Source: Candidatus Nanopelagicales bacterium (GTDB lineage Bacteria; Actinomycetota; Actinomycetes; S36-B12). Taken from it: a stretch of DNA of 64,000 nucleotides. How positions within the stretch are numbered: the first letter of the stretch is position 1; each line of letters begins with the position of its first letter. Under the pieces are notes generated by a model, which saw only the letters and a program-made list of their open reading frames with translations, did not search any database and was not told where the DNA came from. The position numbers were made by a program, and so were the translations under genes. This document shows, in pieces, positions 1-10,281 of the stretch. The stretch lies in assembly GCA_040399625.1 (NCBI GenBank), contig JBBARV010000001.1:269082-333081 (forward strand), read 5' to 3'.

Positions 1-310
1 CGCATATGGAAATGCGGTCAAAGCTGGAATGGCGCCATCGGTAATTATTCTTGATGGAACTCATAATTTTTGTGATCCGGATCTGCCACTTTCCGTGGTG
101 ATGCGAAAAAAAGCCGATCAAAGCGTTTCAAGTGTCGCTGCGGCAAGCATAATTGCGAAAGTCGAACGTGACGAATTTATGCATGAGTGTTCAATTGATT
201 TTCCTAATTATGGTTGGGAACGAAATAGCGGTTACGGAACTCGTGAGCATCTTGATGCGATAAAGCGCTTTGGGCTGACCAAACTGCACCGCACAAGTTT
301 CTGTCACTGA
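1..310 (+). CDS. rnhB: Ribonuclease HII, C-terminal part (5' end lies upstream of the window)
   Basis: The reading frame is open from the window edge to the stop at 310. The tail ...SSVAAASIIAKVERDEFM...YGWERNSGYGTREHLDAIKRFG looks like the RNase HII C-terminal half. It lies upstream of yraN-comM-dprA. Confidence 0.85.
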   Translation, partial: AYGNAVKAGMAPSVIILDGTHNFCDPDLPLSVVMRKKADQSVSSVAAASIIAKVERDEFMHECSIDFPNYGWERNSGYGTREHLDAIKRFGLTKLHRTSFCH

Positions 311-373
311 CGCGTTATCCACAGCGAATAATCAGTCCTTCCGCCCGGCGCATAACTTGGTGAGGGTTAGCCC

Positions 374-727
374 ATGAAACCAAAAGATGCCCTCGGAAAA
401 TACGGTGAAGAATTAGCCGCGCGGTATCTGTCAAAATCTGGAATGGTGATACTCGAGCGAAATTGGCGTTGTGACCTAGGTGAGATTGACGTTATCGCAC
501 GGGACCAAGACGAATTGGTGATTTGTGAAGTAAAAACCCGCCGTTCTGCATTATTCGGCGAGCCACTTGAGAGTGTGACACCGCGCAAAGTGAGGCGGAT
601 GCGTGGGCTTGCACTTCGATGGCTTGACACGCGATCCGTTAGTCCACGAAATATCCGGTTTGATGTTGTTGGAATTCTGGCACCGATTGTGGGACCCCCA
701 ACGATTACTCATATTCGGGGTGTCTGA
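374..727 (+). CDS. YraN family (UPF0102) endonuclease-like protein
   Basis: 117 aa. The pattern GEELAARYL...ILERNWRC..GEIDVIARD...LVICEVKTRR is typical of the YraN/UPF0102 family. It sits in the conserved position before comM. Confidence 0.85.
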   Translation: MKPKDALGKYGEELAARYLSKSGMVILERNWRCDLGEIDVIARDQDELVICEVKTRRSALFGEPLESVTPRKVRRMRGLALRWLDTRSVSPRNIRFDVVGILAPIVGPPTITHIRGV

Positions 728-728
728 A

Positions 729-2240
729 GTGGCATTAGCCCGATCCCTGGGTGCAGTTGTTTCTGGTGTATCCGGTCATTTGGTTCAAGTGGAAGTTGAT
801 CATTCGCGGGGCCTGCCCACCGTGGGGCTGGTGGGTTTGCCCGATGCATCGGTTATTGAATCAAAGCATCGAGCCAAAACCGCGATAGTGAATTCCGGCC
901 TGATGTGGCCCAAGGGACGGGTCACCATCAGCCTTTCACCCGCAGAGTTGCGCAAACATGGGGCTGGACTTGATCTAGCAATCGCTCTGGGCATTTTGGG
1001 GGCTACCGGACAGATCGCCCCTGAGCTCATTCACAGCACGGTGTTTCTTGGGGAATTGGGCCTTGATGGCTCATTGAGAAGCATCCCCGGAGCGTTACCT
1101 TGTGTTATTGCCGCAGCTCAAGCCGGGATCCATTCGGTGATCGTCCCCTACGGAAATCTGCCCCAATGCAGAATCGTCCCTACTGCCAGTGCGGTTGCTT
1201 GTTCCGATCTCAATCACGTCCTTTCATTTCTGCGTGGCGAGAGCGAACCACTCTCATTGGGTGCAACTACCGAGCCCGATTCAGTAGAGACGGTGGACCT
1301 CTCTGACGTTGTGGGTCAAGAAGAGGCGCGTTGGGCGCTCGAAGTTGCAGCGGTTGGTCGCCATAACCTTTCCATGATTGGTTCACCCGGCGTAGGTAAA
1401 ACTCTGCTTGCTCAGCGGATCGCAGGAATATTGCCGCCTTTAACAGAAAATGAAACTTTGCAAGCAACGGCTATTCACGCGGTCGCGAGAACCCTCACCA
1501 GTGACAGCCCAGTTACTCGTCCGCCATTTGAGGCACCACACCATTCAGCCACGATGGCAGCGCTTGTCGGCAGTGTGCACGGTCACCGCGTTACTCCTGG
1601 AGCGTTGACACGTGCCCACCATGGCGTACTTTTTCTTGATGAAGCACCTGAGTTTTCGCGTAATGCGCTCGAGGCTTTACGACAGCCACTTGAGTCTGGG
1701 CATATCGCACTGAGTCGATCCACCTGGACCGGCTTACTCCCAGCAAGATTTCAATTAATTTTGGCGGCAAATCCATGCCCTTGTGGAAATGCGTTAACAG
1801 ATACCCCGAAAGTGTGCAGGTGTGCTTCGGCCGCGTTACGCAAGTACACGATGCAAGTATCGGGCCCACTGCGCGATCGAATAGACATAAACATCCTGAT
1901 TCCCAGCATCCGTGGGTCAACTACGGGCGAGTCCAGCGCAGCTGTTCGAGAGCGGGTGGTTGCGGCGCGTCAACTCGCTGCTCAGAGATTCGCTGATTTC
2001 CCCTGGTCAACCAACTCAGAGGTTTCACCAGCTTCACTCCGCGTTGATTTTTACCCCGAACCGGGAGGAACCGAGTTGCTTAACTCCTTTGTCGGTCGCT
2101 CAGGTGGATTGAGGGGAAGCCACAGAGTTCTTCGTGTCGCGTGGAGTCTTGCTGATCTCGCGGGAAACCGCCGACCAACACGCGAAGATGTCGCACTCGC
2201 AATCCACCTCCGCAATTCAGAGATGGCGATGGCCTCTTAG
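729..2240 (+). CDS. comM: YifB/ComM family Mg-chelatase-like ATPase
   Basis: Lon-protease-like N-terminal domain, Walker A MIGSPGVGKT and Walker B VLFLDEAPEF. The start was moved to the GTG at 729, 1 nt after the yraN stop, because the tracked ORF start at 603 overlaps yraN. Confidence 0.85.
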   Translation: MALARSLGAVVSGVSGHLVQVEVDHSRGLPTVGLVGLPDASVIESKHRAKTAIVNSGLMWPKGRVTISLSPAELRKHGAGLDLAIALGILGATGQIAPELIHSTVFLGELGLDGSLRSIPGALPCVIAAAQAGIHSVIVPYGNLPQCRIVPTASAVACSDLNHVLSFLRGESEPLSLGATTEPDSVETVDLSDVVGQEEARWALEVAAVGRHNLSMIGSPGVGKTLLAQRIAGILPPLTENETLQATAIHAVARTLTSDSPVTRPPFEAPHHSATMAALVGSVHGHRVTPGALTRAHHGVLFLDEAPEFSRNALEALRQPLESGHIALSRSTWTGLLPARFQLILAANPCPCGNALTDTPKVCRCASAALRKYTMQVSGPLRDRIDINILIPSIRGSTTGESSAAVRERVVAARQLAAQRFADFPWSTNSEVSPASLRVDFYPEPGGTELLNSFVGRSGGLRGSHRVLRVAWSLADLAGNRRPTREDVALAIHLRNSEMAMAS

Positions 2241-3367
2241 TGAAAATCACAACAGAATCTGATGCATTCGTGGCACTGGCCCATTTGTGTGAGCCAGCCG
2301 ACGAGATGATTAATAAAAAGCTCGCTTTGGGAATATCACCCATTGAAGTATTGGATTTATTGCTGACCAACGGTTTTCCCAAACGCGATCACATTGCCTT
2401 CGGGCATAAATTCCAAGCCTTTAATGTTGAAGCGGAGATTGAATTTTCACAAAAAATTGGGGCTCGAATTCTCACGCGTGATCAAGAAGGCTGGCCCACA
2501 CAGTTGCACTCGCTCGGAGTTGCGCAGCCGTGGGCCTTGTGGGCAATCGGCGCCATTGACTTTCGGGTGATTGCATTGTCATCGGTGACCATTGTTGGTA
2601 CGCGAGCGTGCACCCCCTATGGGGCTGGCATTGGTAGCCAGTGGGCCGCCGACCTTGGTCGGTGGGGAACAGGCGTCTTCTCTGGCGGAGCAATTGGAAT
2701 TGATGCGCACGCGCACCGTGGGGCGCTATCCGTCGGCGCTCCGACAGTGGCCGTTCTGGCCAGTGGTGTTCACACCCGTTATCCGTCAAGCCACGAAAAT
2801 CTATTTGCTCAAATTATTGATAACGGTGCGATAGTAAGTGAATCACCACCTCGAGAGGCCGCTCAGAAAAGGCGCTTCCTCGCTCGAAATCGGATTTTGG
2901 CTGGGTTGACCAAAGCAACATGTGTAATTGAAGCAACTGATCGCAGCGGTACCAGTTCGACCGCGCGAGAAGCGTTGAACATGAATCGAATTGTGGCTGG
3001 AGTCCCTGGGTCTATTCATTCTCCAACCTCACTCGGTGTCAACAAATTACTCAAACATAAGGATGTTCACGTTGTTACAACGAGCGCTGACCTTCACGAG
3101 CTTGTGACCGGCTTTTATCCTCGGGAGAGCGAGGCTGAACTGGAGACACAATGTGGTCCACATCTTGACCGGGGTCCGGATTGGCGTGACCTCAGTGAAG
3201 CGGACTATGAAATCTGGGAGTTATTGCCCAAGCGTGGGGGAATCGGGATCGACATTTTGTGCCAGAAGACCGGTCGATCTCGACTCGACCTGCTCGCCCG
3301 ATTAAGTGAACTGCACCTCACGGGATTTGTGACCAAGGCTGAAGGTATCTGGCGAAAGTCGTCCTAA
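2240..3367 (+). CDS. dprA: DNA-processing protein DprA
   Basis: Rossmann-like core IVGTRACTPYG...FSGGAIGIDAHAHRGAL...RFLARNRI. The GTG start overlaps the comM stop (TAGTG). Confidence 0.85.
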   Translation: MKITTESDAFVALAHLCEPADEMINKKLALGISPIEVLDLLLTNGFPKRDHIAFGHKFQAFNVEAEIEFSQKIGARILTRDQEGWPTQLHSLGVAQPWALWAIGAIDFRVIALSSVTIVGTRACTPYGAGIGSQWAADLGRWGTGVFSGGAIGIDAHAHRGALSVGAPTVAVLASGVHTRYPSSHENLFAQIIDNGAIVSESPPREAAQKRRFLARNRILAGLTKATCVIEATDRSGTSSTAREALNMNRIVAGVPGSIHSPTSLGVNKLLKHKDVHVVTTSADLHELVTGFYPRESEAELETQCGPHLDRGPDWRDLSEADYEIWELLPKRGGIGIDILCQKTGRSRLDLLARLSELHLTGFVTKAEGIWRKSS

Positions 3368-3463
3368 CCGAGCCAATCGGCCTCAGGTGAACTTCACAGA
3401 TTTCTCGGTATTCACCGCGAGCCGTTCCCCCCATCGAAGTGATTCATTGATCATCATGGTGTC

Positions 3464-4420
3464 ATGAGTAAGGCTGCGGTCGAATGTGATGTTGAAATTG
3501 AGGCATTCCTCGGATACCTCAGCGGCGCCAGAGGTCGTAGCGAAAATACGGTGCGCGCCTACCGAAACGACCTGACTCAGCTTTTTGACTCGATGCCTGA
3601 TATCTCCTCGGTCACACAGGTGGGTTTGGTCGACCTTCGGGCTTGGCTCGCCGACCTGCACCGAAACGGGTCCGCACGCTCCACCATCGCTCGCAAAGCC
3701 GCAGCGGCGCGGGCATTCACCGCTTGGGCACTTCAGCGTGGGATTATTGTGGTGGATCCAGCGCTTCGGTTAGCAAGTCCGTCCGTGCCTAAAGCCCTCC
3801 CAGCAATATTGACACAAACCCAAACGGGCGCGTTATTAGATCGTGAGATTGATTTAACCGATGCAATTCAGGTCAGGAACCAGGCCATCTTGGAATTGCT
3901 TTACGCCACGGGCATTCGGGTCGCCGAGTTGTGCAGCGCTGACCTTGATGACCTTGATCGAAATCGAAGGGTGATCAGGGTGGTTGGTAAAGGAAATAGA
4001 GAACGAATGGTTCCTTATGGTGTCCCTGCTCAGATCGCAATCGATCGTTGGTGCGCTTTCCGCATAAATATTGCTGCAGGGACCAGGTCACTCTTCGTGG
4101 GAGCACGGGGTGCCCGCATTGATCAAAGAGTGGTTCGCACAATGGTGAATCAATCAACACAAGCAGTCACCGGGCACAGCCTGTCACCACATGCACTTCG
4201 ACACACAGCGGCTACCCACGTCCTGGAAGGCGGTGCAGATATGCGGGTGGTGCAAGAATTCCTTGGTCATGCATCCATGGCCACAACCCAGCGATACACA
4301 CATGTCAGTGTCGAGCGGCTTCGGAAGACCTTTGAAACTGCTCACCCGCGATCAGGCTCCGATGAACACCCAAACTCGGTTGAAGTAGCGCGCTCGAGCG
4401 CCACAGAATCATTGGATTGA
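3464..4420 (+). CDS. xerC: Tyrosine recombinase XerC
   Basis: N-terminal SAM-like domain (FLGYL...RSENTVRAYRNDL) and catalytic signature ATGIRVAEL...HALRHTAATHVLEGGADMRVVQEFLGHASMATTQRYTHV. It follows dprA, the housekeeping position. Confidence 0.85.
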   Translation: MSKAAVECDVEIEAFLGYLSGARGRSENTVRAYRNDLTQLFDSMPDISSVTQVGLVDLRAWLADLHRNGSARSTIARKAAAARAFTAWALQRGIIVVDPALRLASPSVPKALPAILTQTQTGALLDREIDLTDAIQVRNQAILELLYATGIRVAELCSADLDDLDRNRRVIRVVGKGNRERMVPYGVPAQIAIDRWCAFRINIAAGTRSLFVGARGARIDQRVVRTMVNQSTQAVTGHSLSPHALRHTAATHVLEGGADMRVVQEFLGHASMATTQRYTHVSVERLRKTFETAHPRSGSDEHPNSVEVARSSATESLD

Positions 4421-4910
4421 GGTAGTGAGCGCTTGGCTCAGTCATGACTTTTAGACCAAAGTGCAAACATGAACCTCGGCAATGCCCGGCGTTACTGCCA
4501 GAAAAGTCCACGAGTCCGATCACCGTTCCGGCATAAACGAAATCTCCGGTGGCCACCAGGGCGCTCACGGGCTCATAAGTCGTTCGAGCCGCAGAACTGG
4601 AATGGCCAATGGGGTTTGCCAATTCAATTGAAACCACGGGTTTCCCCGCGATTGAACCGGCAAATAAAACGACCCCCGAGCCCACAGCCGTGACTTGTTC
4701 GCCCTGGCTGGCCGGGAAATCAACCCCTCGGTGTCCAGCGCCAAATTGTGAGGCGGGCGGGTCAAAGGCCGAGATAATCGCCCCGGGAGAGACCCCTGGT
4801 AATGGGAGGAGCCATCGGTACTGATCCTCGGTGCTGACGCTAGAAATCGCAGTCAAAAGCGGGATGATCCAGATAACGGACAGCCCGGACACCCATGGGG
4901 GAATTTTCAT
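4305..4910 (-). CDS. M23 family metallopeptidase (secreted)
   Basis: N-terminal signal-like hydrophobic stretch, then HRGVDF (HxxxD) and ...CLHFGL (HxH-type) M23 motifs. Divergent from rpsB. Confidence 0.8.
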   Translation of the reverse strand: MKIPPWVSGLSVIWIIPLLTAISSVSTEDQYRWLLPLPGVSPGAIISAFDPPASQFGAGHRGVDFPASQGEQVTAVGSGVVLFAGSIAGKPVVSIELANPIGHSSSAARTTYEPVSALVATGDFVYAGTVIGLVDFSGSNAGHCRGSCLHFGLKVMTEPSAHYLNPMILWRSSALLQPSLGVHRSLIAGEQFQRSSEAARH

Positions 4911-5077
4911 GGTCGAAGCCTTGCCCAGCCGCCAAGCCTTTTGCCATGGGACACCTTGGATTGTGACTTACAGGGCACCTGTTCCCTCAACTGTTGATGC
5001 CCGTACACTCGGGGGGCACCTAGGAAAAGGAACCGGTTAGATAATTGCTAGTTCCCGAATCCGAGGGGCAAATTCGC

Positions 5078-5234
5078 GTGACTTAATCCGGTAGTCCGGC
5101 CGCGCCTTGAACGGTCCGCAGTTCGCTGTGGGTGCAAGGGCGAAGTCACCAGGGGAGTTACACCAGTAATTCCGAACAACCGTGAGCGGCGAAAGTCGCA
5201 TTATGGGCGCACTGCGCCTGCAAGGAGTACCACC
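5078..5234 (+). promoter_or_regulatory. Candidate structured 5' leader of the rpsB-tsf operon
   Basis: Non-coding stretch upstream of rpsB with three pairings. GTGACTT (5078-5084) is complementary to AAGTCAC (5143-5149). A GNRA hairpin GCGGC-GAAA-GTCGC lies at 5186-5199. A hairpin GGCGC-ACT-GCGCC lies at 5206-5218, just before the SD AAGGAG (5222-5227). Confidence 0.3.
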
Positions 5235-6050
5235 ATGGCAACAGTAACAATGCGCCAACTACTTGACAGTGGCGTTCACTTCGGGCACCAAACCCGACGT
5301 TGGAACCCCAAAATGAAGCGCTTTATCTTTACTGAGCGCAATGGCATTTACATCATTGATTTGCAGCAGTCGCTGTCCTACATTGACAACGCCTACGAGT
5401 ATGTCAAGCAAACTGTTGCCCACGGTGGCAGCATCATGTTCATCGGCACCAAGAAGCAGGCTCAAGAGGCAATTGCTGACCAAGCCACTCGGGTCGGGAT
5501 GCCCTACGTGAATCACCGTTGGCTCGGCGGCATGCTCACAAACTTCCAGACCGTGCACATGCGCCTACAGCGTCTCAAGGAACTTGAAGTCATTGACTTC
5601 GATGACGTGGCAGGATCAAATCTCACGAAAAAGGAACTCCTAGTTCTTCGCCGCGAAAAGATCAAGCTAGAACACGTCCTTGGCGGTATTCGCGACATGG
5701 TGAAAATCCCTAGTGCCGTGTGGATTGTTGATACAAATAAAGAGCACATCGCTGTTGGCGAAGCACACAAACTGAAAATTCCGGTCATTGCAATGCTTGA
5801 TACCAACTGCGATCCTGATGTTGTCGACTTTCCGATTCCCGGGAATGACGACGCCATCCGCGCCGTGGCGCTGCTCACCCGTGTAATTGCCGACGCTGTT
5901 GCTGAAGGCCTCATGATCCGCGCTGGTGGAGCCACCTCTGAGGTCGTCGAGCCATTGGCCGAATGGGAACGCGAATTACTGGCAGGCACAGAAGTTGTAG
6001 TCGAAGAAGTCCCTGCGGCTGAAGCAGTGACGCCCCCAACTGAAAACTAA
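5235..6050 (+). CDS. rpsB: 30S ribosomal protein S2
   Basis: [27 protein letters not shown]... is a canonical S2 N-terminus. SD AAGGAG lies 7 nt upstream. Confidence 0.97.
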   Translation: MATVTMRQLLDSGVHFGHQTRRWNPKMKRFIFTERNGIYIIDLQQSLSYIDNAYEYVKQTVAHGGSIMFIGTKKQAQEAIADQATRVGMPYVNHRWLGGMLTNFQTVHMRLQRLKELEVIDFDDVAGSNLTKKELLVLRREKIKLEHVLGGIRDMVKIPSAVWIVDTNKEHIAVGEAHKLKIPVIAMLDTNCDPDVVDFPIPGNDDAIRAVALLTRVIADAVAEGLMIRAGGATSEVVEPLAEWERELLAGTEVVVEEVPAAEAVTPPTEN

Positions 6051-6110
6051 TCTTTCGGATTTGGTGTACAAAACACGCACACGATTATTGAGAAAAGGAC
6101 AAATAACAAC

Positions 6111-6926
6111 ATGTCAAGTATTAGCGCCGCTGACGTAAAACGTTTGCGCGAGGCAACATCTGCAGGAATGATGGAATGCAAGAAAGCCCTTGTCGAGACG
6201 GATGGAGATTTCGAGAAAGCGATTGAAGCATTAAGAATCTCTGGGGCGGCCAAGGCTGCAAAGCGTGGAGCCGAGCGCACCACATCAAATGGCATTGTTG
6301 CCGCTGATGGAAATGCACTTATTGAGTTACTGTGTGAGACGGACTTTGTTGCCAAAAGCGTCGATTTCTTGACGCTTGCGGGTCAGCTGGCTTCAGCGGC
6401 TAACGCGAACCAGGTGGCCGATGCCGAGGCTCTATTGTCGGCAAAATTGTCAGGTGGAGAAACTGCCGAGAGCGCAATTGGCAACCTCGCCGGCGTAATT
6501 GGTGAAAAGGTGGAATTGGGTCGCGTCAGCGTGCTGGGAGCACCTGTTGCTCTCTACCTCCACAAAAGGGCATCAGATTTGCCACCCCAGGTCGGGGTTC
6601 TCGTTGCCTATCAAGGTGATGAGGCTGCAGCCAAGGGTGTGGCAATGCAAATTGCCGCAATGCGCCCGCAATACCTCACCCGAGAAGATGTTCCGGCTGA
6701 AATCGTAGAGAACGAGCGCCGGATTGCCTCTGAGACCGCAAAGGAAGAAGGAAAACCTGCAGCGGCAATGCCGAAAATTGTTGAAGGCCGAGTCAATGGC
6801 TTCTACAAGGACGTCGTTCTCCTTGAGCAGTCGAGTGTGACCGACAATAAAAAAACGGTTGCACAAGTTCTCGCTGATGCAGGAACGAGCGTTTCCGCTT
6901 TCGCCCGATTTGAACCAGGCCAGTAG
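6111..6926 (+). CDS. tsf: Translation elongation factor Ts
   Basis: UBA-like N-terminus [34 protein letters not shown]. Directly downstream of rpsB. Confidence 0.95.
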   Translation: MSSISAADVKRLREATSAGMMECKKALVETDGDFEKAIEALRISGAAKAAKRGAERTTSNGIVAADGNALIELLCETDFVAKSVDFLTLAGQLASAANANQVADAEALLSAKLSGGETAESAIGNLAGVIGEKVELGRVSVLGAPVALYLHKRASDLPPQVGVLVAYQGDEAAAKGVAMQIAAMRPQYLTREDVPAEIVENERRIASETAKEEGKPAAAMPKIVEGRVNGFYKDVVLLEQSSVTDNKKTVAQVLADAGTSVSAFARFEPGQ

Positions 6927-6956
6927 CACACCGATCACAATCAAAGGAGATTGAGC

Positions 6957-7736
6957 GTGAAAGAGCCCTCGGCATCAGTTCAATCAACCCTTGAAGGCGT
7001 TATCGATCTGTGGCCTTCGGCCCCCGAAGGTGGCTGGAAACGAGTACTCCTCAAACTTAGTGGTGAAGCTTTCGCGGGGGAAGGGTCACTGGGAGTTGAC
7101 CCTGATGTGGTGGCCTCAATCGCCCGACAAATTCAGTCGGTTGTAACTTCCGGCATTGAAGTTGCAGTGGTGATTGGCGGGGGTAACTACTTCCGCGGTG
7201 CCCAGTTGTCCGAGCGAGGCATGGATCGGGCCCGAGCGGATTACATGGGCATGCTCGGGACGGTCATGAACTGTCTGGCCCTTCAAGATTTCTGTGAAAA
7301 GGCCGGAATAGACACAAGGGTTCAGACCGCGATAACCATGGGGCAGGTAGCCGAACCATATATCCCGCGCAAAGCCATGCGACACCTTGAGAAAGGTCGG
7401 GTTGTGATCTTTGGCGCTGGGCTTGGACAGCCATATTTCTCAACCGACACCACCGCAGCTCAACGAGCACTGGAAATCGGTGCCGAGGTTGTGCTCATGG
7501 CGAAGGGTGTTGACGGCGTCTACGACAGTGATCCGAGAACCAATCCGAATGCTGTCAAATTTGATCAACTCACACCGGCCCAAGTTTTGGCACAGGGACT
7601 TAAAGTGGCTGACGCCACTGCGATTAGTTTGTGTCAAGACAATGATCTTCCGATCGTCGTTTTCAATTTATTGGAAGAGGGAAATATTGCTCGCGCCGTT
7701 CGCGGTGAAGCAATTGGAACACTAATTAGTAACTGA
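6957..7736 (+). CDS. pyrH: UMP kinase
   Basis: Motifs [20 protein letters not shown] and GNPYFSTD-like [17 protein letters not shown] at 6957 is preferred because AAAGGAG at 6944-6950 gives 6-nt spacing. The tracked ORF starts at TTG 6951. Confidence 0.92.
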   Translation: MKEPSASVQSTLEGVIDLWPSAPEGGWKRVLLKLSGEAFAGEGSLGVDPDVVASIARQIQSVVTSGIEVAVVIGGGNYFRGAQLSERGMDRARADYMGMLGTVMNCLALQDFCEKAGIDTRVQTAITMGQVAEPYIPRKAMRHLEKGRVVIFGAGLGQPYFSTDTTAAQRALEIGAEVVLMAKGVDGVYDSDPRTNPNAVKFDQLTPAQVLAQGLKVADATAISLCQDNDLPIVVFNLLEEGNIARAVRGEAIGTLISN

Positions 7737-7763
7737 ACCAGTGCACTGTTGAAAGGAATGGGA

Positions 7764-8330
7764 ATGAGCGAGGATATCGACGTAGTCTTAATCGAAGCCA
7801 CGGAAAAAATGGATAAAGCGATTTCTGTTGCGAGGGAAGACTTCAGCACGATTCGAACTGGGCGAGCAACACCAGCCATGTTTAATAAAATCACCGTTGA
7901 CTACTACGGAACGTACACCCCGCTCAATCAACTTGCCTCATTCGTCACTCCAGAGGCCCGCATGATCCTCATTACCCCTTATGACAAAGGTGCTTCTGCT
8001 GGAATTGAAAAGGCACTTCGGGACAGTGATCTTGGGATCAACCCCACAACGGATGGAAATGTCATTCGAGTTGCGTTGCCACAATTAACGGAAGAGCGCC
8101 GCAGGGAATACATTAAGTCCGCCAGAACCAAAGGCGAGGATGCCAAGATCTCAATCCGCAACATCCGACGCGGTGCCAAAGAGGCTCTCGAGGCAATGCA
8201 AAAAGATGGAACCGCCGGTGAGGATGAAGTGCGTCGAGCTGAAAAAAGTCTCGATGAAGTAACCCACAAACATACCGAGCATATTGATGAAATTCTCAAG
8301 AACAAAGAAGCAGAACTGCTCGAGGTTTAA
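7764..8330 (+). CDS. frr: Ribosome recycling factor
   Basis: ...[28 protein letters not shown]...[15 protein letters not shown] at 7764 is preferred (AAAGGA at 7752-7757). The tracked ORF starts at 7749. Confidence 0.93.
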   Translation: MSEDIDVVLIEATEKMDKAISVAREDFSTIRTGRATPAMFNKITVDYYGTYTPLNQLASFVTPEARMILITPYDKGASAGIEKALRDSDLGINPTTDGNVIRVALPQLTEERRREYIKSARTKGEDAKISIRNIRRGAKEALEAMQKDGTAGEDEVRRAEKSLDEVTHKHTEHIDEILKNKEAELLEV

Positions 8331-8333
8331 CGT

Positions 8334-9164
8334 ATGAGTGAGAAGCCGAGAGTAAAGGCAGGTCGTAACCTGCCGGCCGCCATTGTTTCTGCGGTCGTGC
8401 TTGCCGTCCTGGTGTTAGTTTCACTTTTCACGATTAAGTGGTTGTTTGGCGTTGTCGCGATCGTGGCACTTTTAGTCGCCGTCCATGAATTTGTAACGGT
8501 GCTTCAATCAAAAGGTATTCATGTTGCCCGCACACCGGTCTATCTAGCTACAGCAATAATTCCTAGCGTTGCCTACATCTGGGGGTTTGAGGCGCAGCTT
8601 GCAACGACTGGAATAGCAATCCTGTCCGTAATGATCTGGAGACTTCGAAAGGGGTCTGAAGGTTTCGTAGCCGACATCAGTGTCTCCGTGATGCTCGTTG
8701 TGTACCTGCCATTCATGGCCGCATTTCTCATGCTCTCACTTGCTGCCGACGATGGACCATGGCGGGTCCTGGTATTCGTTTTACTCACTGTCTCCAACGA
8801 CATCGGTGGATACGCAGTTGGCGTTTTCTTGGGGAAACATCCCATTGCACCGCAGATCAGCCCCAAGAAATCATGGGAAGGCTTGGCCGGTTCAATAACG
8901 CTCCAGTCAATCGTTGGAATTCTCGCCTTTATCTTTATTTTTGATGCGCCTTGGTGGCAAGGCTTAATTGCCGGGCTTGTCATGACGATTGGCGCAACGG
9001 GTGGAGACTTCATTGAGAGCGCCATCAAACGGGATCTTGAAGTCAAAGATATGGGAACGACCGTCCCCGGTCACGGTGGAATTATGGACCGGCTGGACTC
9101 GCTCATCCCAAATGCATTCGTGTCATGGGTACTTTTTAGTATTTTCCTCGGGTCAGGGATCTGA
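8334..9164 (+). CDS. cdsA: Phosphatidate cytidylyltransferase
   Basis: Polytopic membrane protein with the CDS signature [28 protein letters not shown]. Confidence 0.88.
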   Translation: MSEKPRVKAGRNLPAAIVSAVVLAVLVLVSLFTIKWLFGVVAIVALLVAVHEFVTVLQSKGIHVARTPVYLATAIIPSVAYIWGFEAQLATTGIAILSVMIWRLRKGSEGFVADISVSVMLVVYLPFMAAFLMLSLAADDGPWRVLVFVLLTVSNDIGGYAVGVFLGKHPIAPQISPKKSWEGLAGSITLQSIVGILAFIFIFDAPWWQGLIAGLVMTIGATGGDFIESAIKRDLEVKDMGTTVPGHGGIMDRLDSLIPNAFVSWVLFSIFLGSGI

Positions 9165-10264
9165 TGCCGGTACCGGGTGAATTAGTTTTTGAGTCCCCCA
9201 AAAGGGGTAAGCCACCAACACATTTCCTCGACCTCAGTGTTGCCCAGCGCAAAGAGGCGCTCGTCGCCATGGGCATGCCGGGTTTTCGGTCCGACCAGAT
9301 CTCACGGCATGTTTTTGAGCACCTGGAAACGGATATTGGTCAGTGGAGTGACATACCCGAGGCGGCCAAGGCTCGCATTGGGAGTGAACTCTTTCCCAAA
9401 ATCCTTGACCCAGTGCGCTCCATTGAGTGCGATAACGGGGAGACGGTTAAAACCCTGTGGAAGTTGCATGACGGTTCATTAGTGGAAAGCGTCCTGATGC
9501 GTTACCCGTCTCGTGTGACTATTTGCATTTCTTCGCAAGCTGGTTGCGGAATGAATTGTCCCTTCTGCGCAACCGGTCAAGCAGGGTTGACCCGGAACTT
9601 ATCTGCCGCTGAGATTTTTGGCCAAGTACTTGCCGGCGCGCAGTCACTTGCACGTAATGAGATCGCGGGAGGACCAGGTCGAGTTTCTAATATTGTTTTT
9701 ATGGGCATGGGAGAGCCCATGGCAAACTACGCGGCGGTCATGGGTGCTGTGCATCGGATTGTTGACCCGAGTCCATCGGGTCTTGGGTTGAGCGCCCGGG
9801 GTGTGACCGTCTCAACTGTTGGACTGGTGCCAAAAATGCGCAAGCTGGCAACAGAAGGCCTTCCCCTGACACTAGCCGTCTCACTGCATGCCCCCGATAA
9901 TGAATTGCGGGACACATTGGTTCCCATTAATACCCGCTGGTCGGTTGAAGAGGTACTTGATGCGGCTTGGGAGTACGCCGATGTGACGAAACGTCGTGTC
10001 AGCATCGAATATGCCCTCATCAAAGACATCAATGATCAACCCGAGCGAGCAAAACTTTTGGCGAAGCGACTTCAAGGAAAATTGGTTCATGTGAATCTGA
10101 TCCCACTTAATCCGACACCAGGGTCTAAGTGGACAGCATCACGCCCCGAGGACGAGCGTGCCTTTGTGCGAATCTTGAAAGCTGGCGGGATTCAAGTTAC
10201 CGTTCGGGACACCCGGGGCAGTGAAATTGATGGGGCATGCGGCCAACTTGCCGCATTGGATTAG
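9164..10264 (+). CDS. rlmN: 23S rRNA/tRNA (adenine-C2)-methyltransferase RlmN (radical SAM)
   Basis: Radical SAM cluster motif [17 protein letters not shown] and C-terminal catalytic Cys context [11 protein letters not shown]. The ATG overlaps the cdsA stop by 1 nt. Confidence 0.9.
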   Translation: MPVPGELVFESPKRGKPPTHFLDLSVAQRKEALVAMGMPGFRSDQISRHVFEHLETDIGQWSDIPEAAKARIGSELFPKILDPVRSIECDNGETVKTLWKLHDGSLVESVLMRYPSRVTICISSQAGCGMNCPFCATGQAGLTRNLSAAEIFGQVLAGAQSLARNEIAGGPGRVSNIVFMGMGEPMANYAAVMGAVHRIVDPSPSGLGLSARGVTVSTVGLVPKMRKLATEGLPLTLAVSLHAPDNELRDTLVPINTRWSVEEVLDAAWEYADVTKRRVSIEYALIKDINDQPERAKLLAKRLQGKLVHVNLIPLNPTPGSKWTASRPEDERAFVRILKAGGIQVTVRDTRGSEIDGACGQLAALD

Positions 10265-10281
10265 CGGAGCGAAAGAACATA

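Noticed and set aside
603-728. N-terminal extensions of tracked ORFs (comM from 603; also lrp to 16372, SBP to 19131, LLM to 22619, thyX from 56801, rbfA from 46876, ispG from 37363, pnp from 49811)
   Set aside because: The extensions overlap neighbouring well-supported genes or lack homology-like sequence. Internal start codons with better spacing to Shine-Dalgarno-like sequences, or with stop/start coupling, give proteins of the expected length.
3464-4420. Tyrosine recombinase as a possible marker of an integrated mobile element
   Set aside because: Its sequence and position (after dprA, before the M23 peptidase/rpsB locus) match housekeeping XerC. There is no adjacent tRNA, att-like direct repeat, excisionase or phage/ICE gene.
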